Assembly (NCBI GenBank): GCA_964247055.1
Contig: OZ176053.1
Span: 3,596,001 to 3,660,000 of the forward strand
DNA length: 64,000 nucleotides
Reading direction: 5' to 3'
Source of the DNA: Paragordius varius
Taxonomy: Eukaryota; Animalia; Nematomorpha
Numbering within the stretch: the first letter of the stretch is position 1; every line of letters starts with the position of its first letter. The notes beneath the pieces were generated by a model that saw only the letters and a program-made list of their open reading frames with translations, searched no databases and had not been told where the DNA came from. The translations under genes and the position numbers were made by a program. Positions 41,620 to 54,200 of this stretch are shown piece by piece.

Positions 41620-42490
41620 ATTCAGCTATAAGAATGAATTTATCAAATATTCGATTAATACAAGTAATCTTTGTCAAACAAAAATAAAATTAAAATATAA
41701 ACTAAAAATTAAAGTATAAATTAAAAATATTAAATGTGAAATGAAACTAAAAAACATGTGTTTAATGTTAAGAAAAAAACATAAATTGTTAAGATCTTTC
41801 TTTCTGTTCATTAAATTTTGTTTTTTGTTTATATAAATACTATCCAATATTCTTTTGGTCTTATTTTCTTCTTTATTAACAACTTCGGCATCCCAGGTTA
41901 TTTTATGTTTGCATTACTAGATATGCCAAAGCCGAATCATTAGTTTCATTCTTGTTAACTGCCAATCCTAACATCTAGACCTCACTTACATTGTTGCAGT
42001 CTTGACATTTAATTTTATATGTCACACATTGAGAACTAGGATTTTTTTATGTGAATTTAATAATTTATAGATATTATTCAATGGTTTATATATTATTTTA
42101 TTTTACCTTGTGTATTTCTTTGATTTTGTGACTTAAAGATTCATAGAATGGTATTACAAATCCCATTTTATGATATTATTATTACTCTAAATTTTTTTAG
42201 GTTTTGAGTTTAATATTTTGATTACAATTTGTGGGTAATTTTGTTCCAATAATTTTTTTACTATTTCTGATGTTTGTGAGAATTTTTTCGCTATACTAGT
42301 AGGATTTAGTACTGTTCGACGTAGTAAACTATGCACAAGAGAGTAACAATTATCCGAGGGGTGTGAATTATAGTTTAAATTCATATCTGATTGGTAATAC
42401 ACTTCAGTTGAATATTTTGTTTTTTTATTAATACATCCAAAAATGTAATCACATTGTTTTTTTATTAAATAAACCTTAATAGGCAATTAA
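41620..42490 (-). mobile_element. Penelope-like element fragment (RT thumb, GIY-YIG remnant, 3' tail)
   Basis: TEVYYQSDMNLNYNSHP...YSLVHSLLRR...NYP pattern, then YKIKCQDC, DSALA and HKITWD; homologous to the plus-strand copy. Confidence 0.7.
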
Positions 42491-42554
42491 ACGTTTATAG
42501 TAGTTGTTTTATATTTTTCTCGCCATCAATGATATTAACAAAAAATTGGAGTAT

Positions 42555-43630
42555 TTATGGAATTCCCCTTTTCAAGTATAATAACGGAAATTGCTCGATA
42601 TGTTGGAACCAGAATATTCCAAAGACAAAAAGAACCTTACTTTTATTACAGATATGGAGATGATATAATCTGCATTGATAGCGAGAAAAATATAAAACAA
42701 CTACCAAAATAACGTTTAATTGCACAAGTCCACTAAGGTTCACTTTGGGAAAAACAATAAAATTACATTTTTGGATGTATTAATACAAAAAAACATTAAC
42801 AAATTATCCGCTGGGTCTATTACAAATCAGATATAAATATATTAAACTATAATCACAGCCCCGGATAATTGTTTTAACTCCTGGTACATAATTTTCTACG
42901 TCTAACATTACTATTCCTAACAGTATAGAGAAAAAAACCTCACAAACATCAGAAATAGTAAAAAAAATATTAGAATTATCCACAAATTTTAATCATTAAT
43001 GCCATCAACAAAATTATAAACTCAAAATATAAAAAAATCACAATAATAATGATAACATAAAATGACGATTGTAATACCATTCTATGGACCTTTGAATCAC
43101 AAAATCAAAGATATACTTAAGGCAAAATATAATATAAAAACCATTAAATAATAACAATAAATTATTAAATCACATTAAAAATTCTAGTTCTCAATGTGTG
43201 ATGCAAAAAAATAAATATAGTGACTGCGACAATTTATACATAAGACAAACTAAAAGATGTTAGATGTTCAGAGAAAGAACATAATACGGCAGTTAACAAG
43301 AATAAAACAAATGATTTGGCTTTGGAATATAATGCCTTTAGATGTAAACATAAAATAAACTGGGATGCCGAAGTTGTTGATAAAGCGAAAATAGGTCTAA
43401 AAGAATATTAAAGGAAAGTTTTTAAATAAACAAAAAACATAATTTAATGAACAGACAGAAAGATACTAACAATATAAATCGCATTACACTTTTTTTAACA
43501 TTGCGCACATTTTTAATTTATACCCATTACAATATCATCTTTAATTTATATTTATTTACGTTTGACCAAGCTTACTTGGAAAAATCGAAAATTCACTTTA
43601 ATAAATTCTTTCAATTATAGTTGAATTATA
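42555..43630 (+). mobile_element. Penelope-like element fragment in inverted orientation
   Basis: FYYRYGDDII (RT motif), ITFLDVLI, YIRQT and HKINWDAEVV, with many disruptions. Confidence 0.75.
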
Positions 43631-43774
43631 TTCCCAATATCAACACAAAACTTTGGCGTATTTTATAAAGTAAATTAGTTTTTTCTTCAAATTTGACCAC
43701 ATCAATAATCAAAAATCGCATACCTATCTCCATTGGCAAAGCTCTTTCTTGTTTAGCAATGAGAGTGTGTTTAA

Positions 43775-44155
43775 CACTTTGATTCAAATTGGGGTATCTA
43801 AATACCCCAGGCTAAATTTAAGTTGAGATTTCTACAAAACTACTAAAAGAAACGGTCTTTATTTAAATTTATACTTCTATCCCAATAAAAATATAAATAT
43901 GTCAAATTATCTAAATAAAATTTTGTTTTGAAAAAAAAGTTCCATGTCAAACTACTTGGACGCCATTTTTATTTTACAAAATTTTTGCAAAATATCGTCT
44001 TCATTTAATTTTAAGGGTAAAATTTAATCTATTTTTTTATTTAAATTACTTCTAACATTGATAGAAATAGAAAAATAGGTTTATTTTGTATTATATTTTA
44101 ATTTTACCACTGCACACATGTCAGGTTGACCAAATTTTTACCTTTTGGTTTCATT
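43775..44155. mobile_element. MITE family A, truncated copy
   Basis: TTAA|CACTTTGATTCAAATTGGGG; reverse complement of about 30365-30737; stops where the RTE LINE begins. Confidence 0.75.
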
Positions 44156-44164
44156 AAAACAACT

Positions 44165-46150
44165 TTTTATCAAACCGCTATTAAAGACAAAAACGGCAAA
44201 TTACTCGTTGAGGAAGTGAAAATTTTTGAAGAGATGCAAAGAATATTTCCAGGACCTAGAATTGGGCGTCAGTGAAACGATTTACCCGAAACACCAGATT
44301 ATATATCGTTGCAGATTGAAAGTGTAACAAACGAAGAAGTTCAGGTTGGTTTAGAAATGTCTATAAATAAGGCTGCAGGCCCAGACGATTATAACATAAA
44401 CTGTTGGAAAATAATGTCAGAGAAAGGTATTGAATTTTTAACGGATATTTTTAATAATGTAGTTACTACAGATATGATACCAACATGGAAGGAGAGCTTC
44501 ACTGTTCTTATTTTCAATGGTAAAGGAGATATTAATGACTGTAATAAATACAGAGGTACAAGATCGATGTCGCATACAATGAAGTTATTTGGATTACTAG
44601 AGAAACGAATGAGAAAAATAAATTGTATAGAGCAGGGATTCTTAAACTTTAGTAATTTCCGACCCCATTTATCATTGCAAGTTTCTTAACGACCCCAATA
44701 AATATATATGAAAAATAAATTAATATATTTATTAGGTAGCAATATACATATGCATATGTAAGTATATAAATTAATTCGTTTTGAAACATAAAAATCTAAA
44801 ATTGGAATTTGCGCAAAATGTTATAGAAATGTTTTTTATATAGTTTATAAAAAACATAAGTGGATTATGAACGTCTTAATTCTGATATATTTATCTACGA
44901 TATATAATTTTACAAGTTAAAAAACATTTTTTGTCAATTGGTATTTCAATCACTCGCGACCCCATCCAAATATGGTCGCGACCCATAGTTTAAGAAGCTC
45001 TGGTATAGAGGGTAGTCAATTTGGTTTTATTCTAGAAAGTCCACTATTGGTCCGATTCAGTAAGAAGGCTAATTGAAAAGCATATAGAAATGAAAAAGAA
45101 GTTGCATGGTATTTTAATCAATATTGAAAAGGCGTTTGACAGAATACCACGGAGTACAATATGGTGCAGTTTAAAACGAAAAACTGTTCCTGAGAGTTAC
45201 ATAAAAATTCTAAAAGCATGTACGGCTCTCACCATATTATAATTAAAACACATCAGGAAGTGTCAAATCATATTGAAATAAATTAAGGCGTCTATCAGGG
45301 GTCAGCAATCAGTCCGTTACTATTTAGAATATGCACGGAAGAAATTTCAAAAAATGTGGGGCAACATGGTGGCTGGTATTTTATTTATGCAGACAACCTA
45401 GTAGTGCTGTCAGACGAGTTGCATGAATTGAAAGAATTGGTGGGTAAATGGATTGATGTGTTAGGACGATGCGGTTTAAATGTTAATAAAAAGAAAACTT
45501 AACTTATAAATTTCGGTCTGAAAAAACAAGAAATGAAATTAGAAGAAGGATGGGTAATAGAAGGTCACGGGGAATGCAAATATTTGGGAGAGATTTTAGT
45601 AGCAGATGGTTTTTAACGCATGATATAAATCCAAGAATTTGAAATAGTTGGGCAAATATAAAAAGATCTCAAATGTTTTGTGCGATAAAAATATTGACCT
45701 AAAAGTCAATGGTTAGATTTACAGTGATGTTCAGCCAACAATGATCAACTCACAAACATGGGTAATAAAGAAATCAGAAAAGAGACACTTTGAGGTTACT
45801 GAAATGATAATGCTTAGATTGATTCGCGGTGTAACTAGGAATGACAAGGTGAAGAAAATTTACATAAGAGGAAGTACGGAAATCAAACCGGTAACGCAAA
45901 AGATGATTTACGTCTTGGATGGTTTGGACATGTAGAAAGAAGAGATAATAACTACACTGGTAAAAAGATTGATGATATATTGGGAAAGGTAAGAGGGCGC
46001 CCTAAAACGCGATGGATAGATACAGTTAAGAGGGACATGGTAAAACTGAACCTAAAACGTGAGGACGCCATAGACAGGGTTTTATGAAATAGTTAACGGA
46101 TATGACCACTCGAAAGTGGGATATCATATAATGTAATTATTATTATATTA
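44165..46150 (+). mobile_element. 5'-truncated, inactivated RTE-clade LINE
   Basis: KAAGPDD, KGDINDCNKYRG, QFGF, QGSAISPLLF, YADNL (catalytic YADD altered), KYLG, GHVERRD, GRPKTRWID; ends in (ATT)n at about 46135-46150. Confidence 0.88.
44633..45002. mobile_element. 370-bp hAT MITE inserted in the LINE
   Basis: TIRs CAGGGATTCTTAAACT / AGTTTAAGAAGCTCTG; perfect TSD GTATAGAG; removing it rejoins the RT reading CIE|GSQFGF. Confidence 0.92.
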
Positions 46151-47748
46151 TTAACGACAAACTTGAAAAGTTTAAGGACACTCTTGAAATGTTCAAGGAC
46201 CAACTTAAATGTTTAATTTCTTATTCCAATTCAGTGGTCTACCGAGAGGGGTGTAAACAGTCTTGGCACCATAAAATAATAATGAGAAGCAAGAATTCTA
46301 TCTTTGCGCATTCATTACCGCATAAACTTATTTTTTTTTATTTAAAAATATATATTTTCACACAAAATATTTTTAAAAATATACTCTAAGAAATTTAATT
46401 TTTAGCATAATTTTCTTGATGCCTATTTTCATTTTGGAGCATTCATAAAATTTATAAATAATTGTTATTAAAACCTTTTCTACATAATTGGATGTCGCTT
46501 TAAACTTTTATCAACCCAAAATTTCGATGTCAGTTGATCACAGCCAATTCTAAATTAAAACGTATGTTTTTAAAAAAATTATATGTTTCATTAATAAATC
46601 TTTATAAAAAATAGATAAGCCCCCAATTATGTGAAAAATATGTTTTAAAATATTTAATGTTTCAATCATAAATGCTATTATATAGGCTTCACTCTTGGCA
46701 AAAAAATAATTTTTCAGGCAAAATATGTTTTTTCTAAGAAATTTAATATAATCTAACATATATCAGAAATATTTATCGCCTATTTCCGGCTTTTTACGTT
46801 TATAAAAACATTATCTCATCAATGGATCTATTAAATGAGTTAGTTTCGGTGCTCAAAAGAACAAAGTTTGGTTTTTTAAATGTAAAATAGGATATATATT
46901 ATCAAATTGGGTTGATAATTTTGGCTTTAATCAAAAAAATAATCAAACATTAAAAGTCGTTAAATTTTCTATTTTTAATTTTGAGCATTATCTAAGTCTT
47001 AATTTTCTTAAATATCTCTTTAGCTCCAAAAGTAAGGTCGCCAGAATGATATATACCCAGAATCCATATATTTAAACAGGTGTCCATATATTAATAAAAA
47101 AATTTTTATCCTTCCTTTTACTGCACATTGTTTCTATATACAGTGTGCGATAAATTTGAAAGTCAAAAATATGGATAAAATATATATTTTAGGGCCCTTA
47201 AAATGGATGTTAGTGTTATTTTATGGAGTCGATGACTATCAACTCAAAAAAGGTTTAGGCAAGAAACGAAAAAAGTTATTTAAAAATATAATTATATATT
47301 AATATAATTAGAAAGTTTAGGGTCTCTTGTTTAAAATATAAATTTTAAAATGTGTTTGATGAGTTATTTCAAATCGATTAATATATGCACATCTTTCAAC
47401 CTAAATAAATATCGCGTGCAAAATATGATATGGTATACTTTAAAAAACCATTTAATAAAATCAGCGTACTATTGAAACAAAAATATTCTATTAGATTTTG
47501 ACTATTTTCTATTTATACAAAACAAATAATTTCTAGAAAGTTTAAAAAATAACTAATAATAAGAAAATTCACAGTTATTTATTAACAAACCTTTCGTCCA
47601 TATTTTTATCAATATAACTACAATAAAAAATGGTATATAAATTATTGGTTTTTTTCCAAGGTTGAAAAATAAGTATATTTTAATATTTAAAAAATTAATA
47701 ATTTAGACTCTTTTTATGTTCGAAAAATACGGTTATTGAATTAATTAA

Positions 47749-48610
47749 CACTTGGATACAACTAGGGTTTTGCTGACCAAGTCATGACCTGGTCAATTGA
47801 CCGGGTCTGACCAGGTCAGTGACTATTTATTTTTTGACCATGGTCATTTAAAAAAACAGCTGTTTTTTAAAAAATTGCTGGTAAATTTTTTTTAGAAGAG
47901 AGATGGTAATATTTTATTGTTTTTTAATATACTTTTTAAAAATTATAAATTAAATATTTAAATATGCTCATTTAACAATATAAGGTTGTTAAACATGCAT
48001 CCTTATAACATTAGCATTTAGCAGAAAAACAAACCAATCAACATTTTGCAAAATATGCGATTATTCTATATATATATGAACCAATAAAATGAAAAACATT
48101 TTATAATTGGATATTTTAATGATGAAAGAAATTGTAAAACAAACTAGGTAAAATTTTATTTGAAATATCCAGTAAAAGCTATGAATTTCAAGATTTAAAA
48201 GGCCACAAGAATGTGGCAAATATTTTAAAACAAAACTCTTTTCATTAAAAATATTGTAATAATTATAAAAAATATATAATAACTTTTAAGAAAAAACATG
48301 ACATTATTAGTGAAACGCAAGTGTCGTTCGAACATTATTTTCACAAACCAATATTGCATGGTATTTACTTAGGTAAAGTGGTCATCGGACTTTTTTGAAA
48401 AAGCATTCAAATGCACAATCCTAGATACAACACATTTATTTTAGTCCTTTGATTCAAATTGGGGTAGTTAAACACCCCAAGCTTGTTTAAAATTAAATTC
48501 TTTAAAAATATGAAAGGAATCGAGACCATGGCAAAATTTTGCACTATGTAACATTAATAAACATATATAAAAAAATTTATTCAAAAATATATGATATTAC
48601 TATTTTAATG
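47749..48610. mobile_element. MITE family A left portion, interrupted by a family B hAT MITE
   Basis: TTAA|CACTTGGATACAAC, resuming at 48424 with GATACAACACATTT... Confidence 0.8.
47763..48423 (-). mobile_element. 661-bp hAT MITE family B
   Basis: TAGGGTTTTGC / GCACAATCCTA termini; perfect TSD GATACAAC (47755-47762 and 48424-48431). Confidence 0.9.
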
Positions 48611-49241
48611 GTTAATTTTAAATGAAAAATATATAATAAAGTATAAATAATATAATAGCATATATGCAATCACCCTTTTACGCAAGCTTTCAAAGCATAA
48701 AGACCGACTTGAAGTTTTGAAGGACCAACAAGTGTGTATGGTCACTGAAAAGCAAATGGTACATAATTATAAGCATATTGGATACTTTGGTACTCATGAG
48801 CGGATGTATTATTTGAATTTTTTCAGTCATAAAAAACCATTTCTTAATTTGAAAAAAGTTTTCCTGGTATATTAATTTTTATTATTATTTGACACTTCAT
48901 ATTTAAAAATATCCGATACCTCTACAATAGTTACTAAATACTAACCAAATATGCTTGCTTGACTTTTATGTACTTCAGAGCTGTCCTTTAAATTCTGTAT
49001 ATTATAATATTTTTACCACTTTAAAGGTTATAAATCTATTAATTTTTAAATATTTCTCGAATCGCCCTGGAGAATATAAAATTAATGTAAAGAATTTTTT
49101 TTTAAAAGATATGTGTTATGTCTTGGGTTTATTTCCTGTGATAGGCGTTACTAAAGTTTATGGCACAATTATCATTTCTTGATATAAAAAATATTATTAA
49201 TTATTTTTGAGATATTTTCTTTTTTATGTAAACGACAAAAC

Positions 49242-49490
49242 CAGTGGTTCCAACAGGGGGCGCGAAAAATTCGAATTAAAAAATTAAACCAGAAACAAAT
49301 TTAACGATTTCAGGTGAAAATTATCAACATATATCACCGATAAAAAATATTTCAAAAATTTCAAATACAAGGATCTCATTGATTGTGGTTTTTAAAATAT
49401 AATAAATATAACATTTTTATCTTGGATTTTTTTGAGAGGGGGCGCAAGAATTTTTATCAAGCGTGAACAAAAAAAGGTTGGGAACCACTG
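49242..49490. mobile_element. hAT-Charlie-like MITE
   Basis: TIR CAGTGGTTCCAAC / GTTGGGAACCACTG; TSD not matched. Confidence 0.7.
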
Positions 49491-49920
49491 ATCTACACTG
49501 TTAGTGTCTAGGGGTGGGCTAATGTCAATAACAAAAATCTACGCAGAAAATAAGATTATAAAATACAATATTCGTTCAAAGGAAGTAAATTAAAAATCTA
49601 GAGTGATAAGCCAACACCTATACTAAAGCAAAAAATCCAATTATACCTAATCAATAACGCCAGAAATTAAATTACAATTTATTTTAAAAAGCAACTCTTG
49701 TCACATGAGGATAAAAAATGAAGGCTTTCAAATAGAGATTTATGTTGCGATTAAAGTTTGTGCTAGAAAAGTTACTTATTTTTATTTAAGAGATGTAATA
49801 AATCAAATTACACATAATAGAATGGATATAAGCTAGTTATAATGCAAGCTAAAAACATTAAAAGGTGGAAAAGGTGCGATTTGTTTGGGAAACAGTTTAT
49901 AAAAATATGAGATATATACA

Positions 49921-50487
49921 TAGGGTTGTGCATTTGACTGCTTTTTCAAAAAGGTCCGGTCAGACCCAGTCAGACCATGGTCATGACCACTTTTTACTTA
50001 AGTAAGTATCAAGAGATAATTGTTTTCAAATGAATTTTGCCACATTTTTGTGGCCTTCTAAATCTTCAAATACATAGCTTTTAATACTGATTTCAAATAA
50101 AATTTTCCTAGTTTTACATCTTTATCATTAAAATATCCAATTATAGGATGTTTTTCATTTTGTTAGTTGACTTATATGGGATAATTACATATTTTGCAAA
50201 GTGCTTGATTGTTGTTTTTCGAAATAACTGGATATGCATAAATGCTTGTTGTAAGGAGACATGTTTAACAAATTTTAATATATTGTCAAATAAGCATATT
50301 TAAATATTTAATTTTTATTTTTTTAAATATATATTAAAAAAAATAAAATCTAACAATCTCTATCCCAAAAACTAACATTTTTTCAAAAACAAATGTTTTT
50401 AAATGACCATGGTCAAAAAATAAATATCACTGACCAAGTCATGACCCGTTCAATTGACCGGGCCATGATTTGGTCGGCACAACCCTA
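49921..50487 (+). mobile_element. 567-bp hAT MITE family B
   Basis: Perfect 11-bp TIR TAGGGTTGTGC; perfect TSD TATATACA; opposite orientation to 47763-48423. Confidence 0.92.
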
Positions 50488-50716
50488 TATATACATCTTT
50501 GATTTCAATTTTCATGTCATTATGTGTATCCAGATGACATCAAGTTGTTCATAAGTTGTATCACATGCGAACTTTTAGAAAGGATTAATGCATTTACTAT
50601 AAATGTAATCCATTTCTACCTATCGCTACCGTTCAATGCTTGAAACGATAGACCAGTAAACAGATATAACTTTATTTTCCATCCATTGTTTCTAAAATAC
50701 TCAATTTTAAAGTAGG

Positions 50717-50960
50717 AAAAATTGTGAATGCAAGCATTATCATTTTAATAATACGAAGGAATTAAAAAATACATTTGATGCATGGATTTTTATAAAAATG
50801 GAACATTTTTTATGTTTATAATGGGGTATTATATGTAAAATTGTGAATGCACGCACGCATTATCATTTTAATAATACGAAAAAGTTAAAAAATGTGTTTG
50901 ATGCAATCTTGCATTTTTTTAATAAAAATTGAACATTTTTAATGTTTATAATGTGGGCAT
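50717..50960. repeat. Two-copy tandem duplication, about 120-bp unit
   Basis: AAAATTGTGAATGCA...GCATTATCATTTTAATAATACGAA...GTTTATAATG at about 50717 and 50837. Confidence 0.85.
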
Positions 50961-51273
50961 TTAGTACAAGCTTAAATTTATAAATAAAAAATTAAAATTA
51001 CTGTTTCCGTGATATTAAAAAAGCCTATATTGTGTTGCGTGTTGGTGCTGACCATTAAATTAAATTTGAAACACATGTCAGAAAATGTACGTATGATGTA
51101 AGCGGTATGATTTATTTTTTGAAAATAAAATGTAAATTTACAGGAATGCTTCTCATTAATTATTTATAGATATATATATATATGTATACAGTCAATACCA
51201 AACATATTTTTGTAATTTCACTTTGGATATTTCATTCGTAAGTAAGTGAAGAACTTGCGCTAAAAACTTTGAG

Positions 51274-54200
51274 ATGGCCGGATTAAGCGGAGTTATTATG
51301 AGATCATTCATACTATGGACAATTATTCCATTAGCATTGATTGCGGGTAACATTTACATCTATCTAAGTATAAATTCAAAAAAACCACTTTATATAAATT
51401 AAATTGGATAATAAAAAACAATATGATTTATTGGGGTATTTATGCTAGATATGTAATAATTTAATTTAAATGAAAAGTACCAGCTCAGTACAGACTGTGA
51501 ATATTAATCTGCAAAAACAAAATGTTTTATGAATAAGTAATTTGATAGTTTTATGAATTGTGTCGTCTTATGGAAATTGATATGAAATTGTTTCATAGAT
51601 TAGATGAGTGGTATTCAAACTGCGTGACACGGGCCGCATGCCGCCCTAGTGCTTTTTTGGACATGAATTATTTATTAATTATTTTGCTTTATTTATTTTG
51701 AGAATAAATATCTGCAAGTGTCAAATAGTATTGAAATTTTTATCCGTATTAAATGCGGCTCTTGAGACAATATTTTTTTACGGCCTTATTTTTTTGGTGA
51801 GTACCACTGGATTAGATCATATTTAAATTCAAATAAAATTATTTTTTATTAATTTTAGAATAAAGCCAAATTTATTGTTAAAAACTTTGTATAAATTAGT
51901 TTCTTTTTACTTGGCATTTAATCAGGCAGTAAAATTTACGTTATGACATGTGCTTGACAAAATTATATAGAAAAATACTATTATTTATTGAGAATTAGGT
52001 TTTACTGAAATTAATTGCATATTTCAAAAGCGGGTTTTTGTTTACTCACCATGAAATTTCTAAAATTAGTTGTCACTATATGGAAACAAAACTTATCACA
52101 ACTTAGGAAATCTTACAAAACGTGCTATGCAAAAACCACATCCGGTATTAAATTACATAAGCCATTAATGATTTACCTCTGCATTTCGCTTCTCTTGCAT
52201 CCATAATTTCACGTGAAAAGATTTTCCATGTCAGTGATGAATAATTTATGTTCTAGCCTCAAATGGGGAAAAAACATTAAATCTCCAAAGATTTAAAGAT
52301 TTCGTTCGTGTAAGAGACACTGATCTAGCACACATATATGTATGAGTACACCGTTATGTACTGCATATTACTCATGATATAAAAACTATAAAAAACGCAT
52401 TAATTTTTTGATAGGTCTGCAATAGATTTGAATTATAGTATAGATCAATCTTTGGTGGCGATAGAATTTTTATAGATAAAAGTGTTTGAATTGATGATTC
52501 CATCATGGAATAAAACATATATTTACTACAGATGTTTGTACTACGAATTTAGATTGAGTGAGAATAATATGTTTTGTTGGAATGAACCGTAAATAAGATG
52601 ATTGGGTAATATGATAAAATAACCCAAAGGCGTGTCTGAGATGCCATATATTATCCATTATCTCTGTTATCGATGAAATATTTTATATTCGCTAAAAAAG
52701 AATAAATATATAGTAATGGAAAAGTGGAATATTATGTATGTTGCATATAACAATTATTATTGATTAAATATTTATTTTTATCTATTCGCATATATATTTT
52801 GTTGTATATATAGCTAAAAGCCTTTATAGATATGTGTGTGTAACCATTTTGTTTACATTGGAAATGTTTGCAATTACACATTTATTTCATACCCTAATTT
52901 TTCTTTATTTATTTATCTGATATATCTATCTATATCTGCTTTAATTTAAGTTATAACTATATAACAATTATCATATTCTGTAAATATTTTATCAGTAGTA
53001 TTCTAATCCTTAATACCTTTTATATTTTATAATATCATCTTGGGTATGACAACCCAACACTTAATCATACCATGATTGAATATATATCTTATTGTTAAAA
53101 ATAAAATTTACACACCCAAAATTATTATATTTAATAAATTTTTACCTCAGGCTATGTTCGCAATTTTTTAATGTTTTTTTCACTAAAAATCCGATCAGAT
53201 GATCAGTTATGACTGAACGATATAACGATATAGTTTTATATTTTGGTAAATATAACGTTGTCGTATTAACAATTTAACTTAATATTTTAATGTGACAAAT
53301 TGGTTATTTTTTGATTTTTTTTATATTTTCTAATTTTCGCATGAAGAATGGAATATCTTCTCTCATAAATTTGAAATATGAGATTGTGTATTTTTTCCCT
53401 GTTTCTTATATTAATGTAAGGAAAAAATACCAACATTTTATTGATTAATATTTTAGTGTTAATTATTTCAATAACGATTTGTTTAGTATATATGTATATA
53501 TCTAAATTATCATCATTAATCCGTTACAAAATCAAAAAATTATCTGGTGGCAATCCCGTGGAATTAAACTCTATCCTCTATCCTTTTGAAAAAATAATTT
53601 GGTGCTAAAAAATCAATTATAAAATATTCTAATCATTATACATGATTATACAATTAAAAAATTAATCTATATATTATATAATATATATATATCCATATTA
53701 TCCTTATTTGTCACCCAAAATTGTCGTAATAATAATAAACTATTAAATGAGCATTTATCATGATATTAATAATCCTATATTATCTCAATCATCATCCCCA
53801 TCATCACTATCTAGTCAACCTCAACCTCAACAACAACATGAATTAAAAGATTTAAGTCCTTACCATTTTGCTGTTTCAAAAGAGGCCGCTCTTGGTGATA
53901 AAAAACAGACGACAGAAAATGATTCACATTTTTCAAACGAAAGTTTTAACCCTGAACACAATAATAATGTATTTGGTCTCAATGATGATAGAAAGGGAGA
54001 AGCTTATTCAAAATCATCATTTAATTCTTCGACAAAGCAATTGCCTTTTACCGGAGTGTCATCGATTCCTCCTTATACCAAGGCTGATTATGGATATCAA
54101 ACCCCAACAAGTGATAGCCCAAAGATTAGCTCCTCCTCTAAACTCAATACTGAAACGATTCTCCCGCCACCTGATAAAACCATCACCTCACATAATCCAA

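Noticed and set aside
44309-44689. ORF as a host gene
   Set aside because: RTE LINE RT fragment whose last codons come from the inserted MITE.
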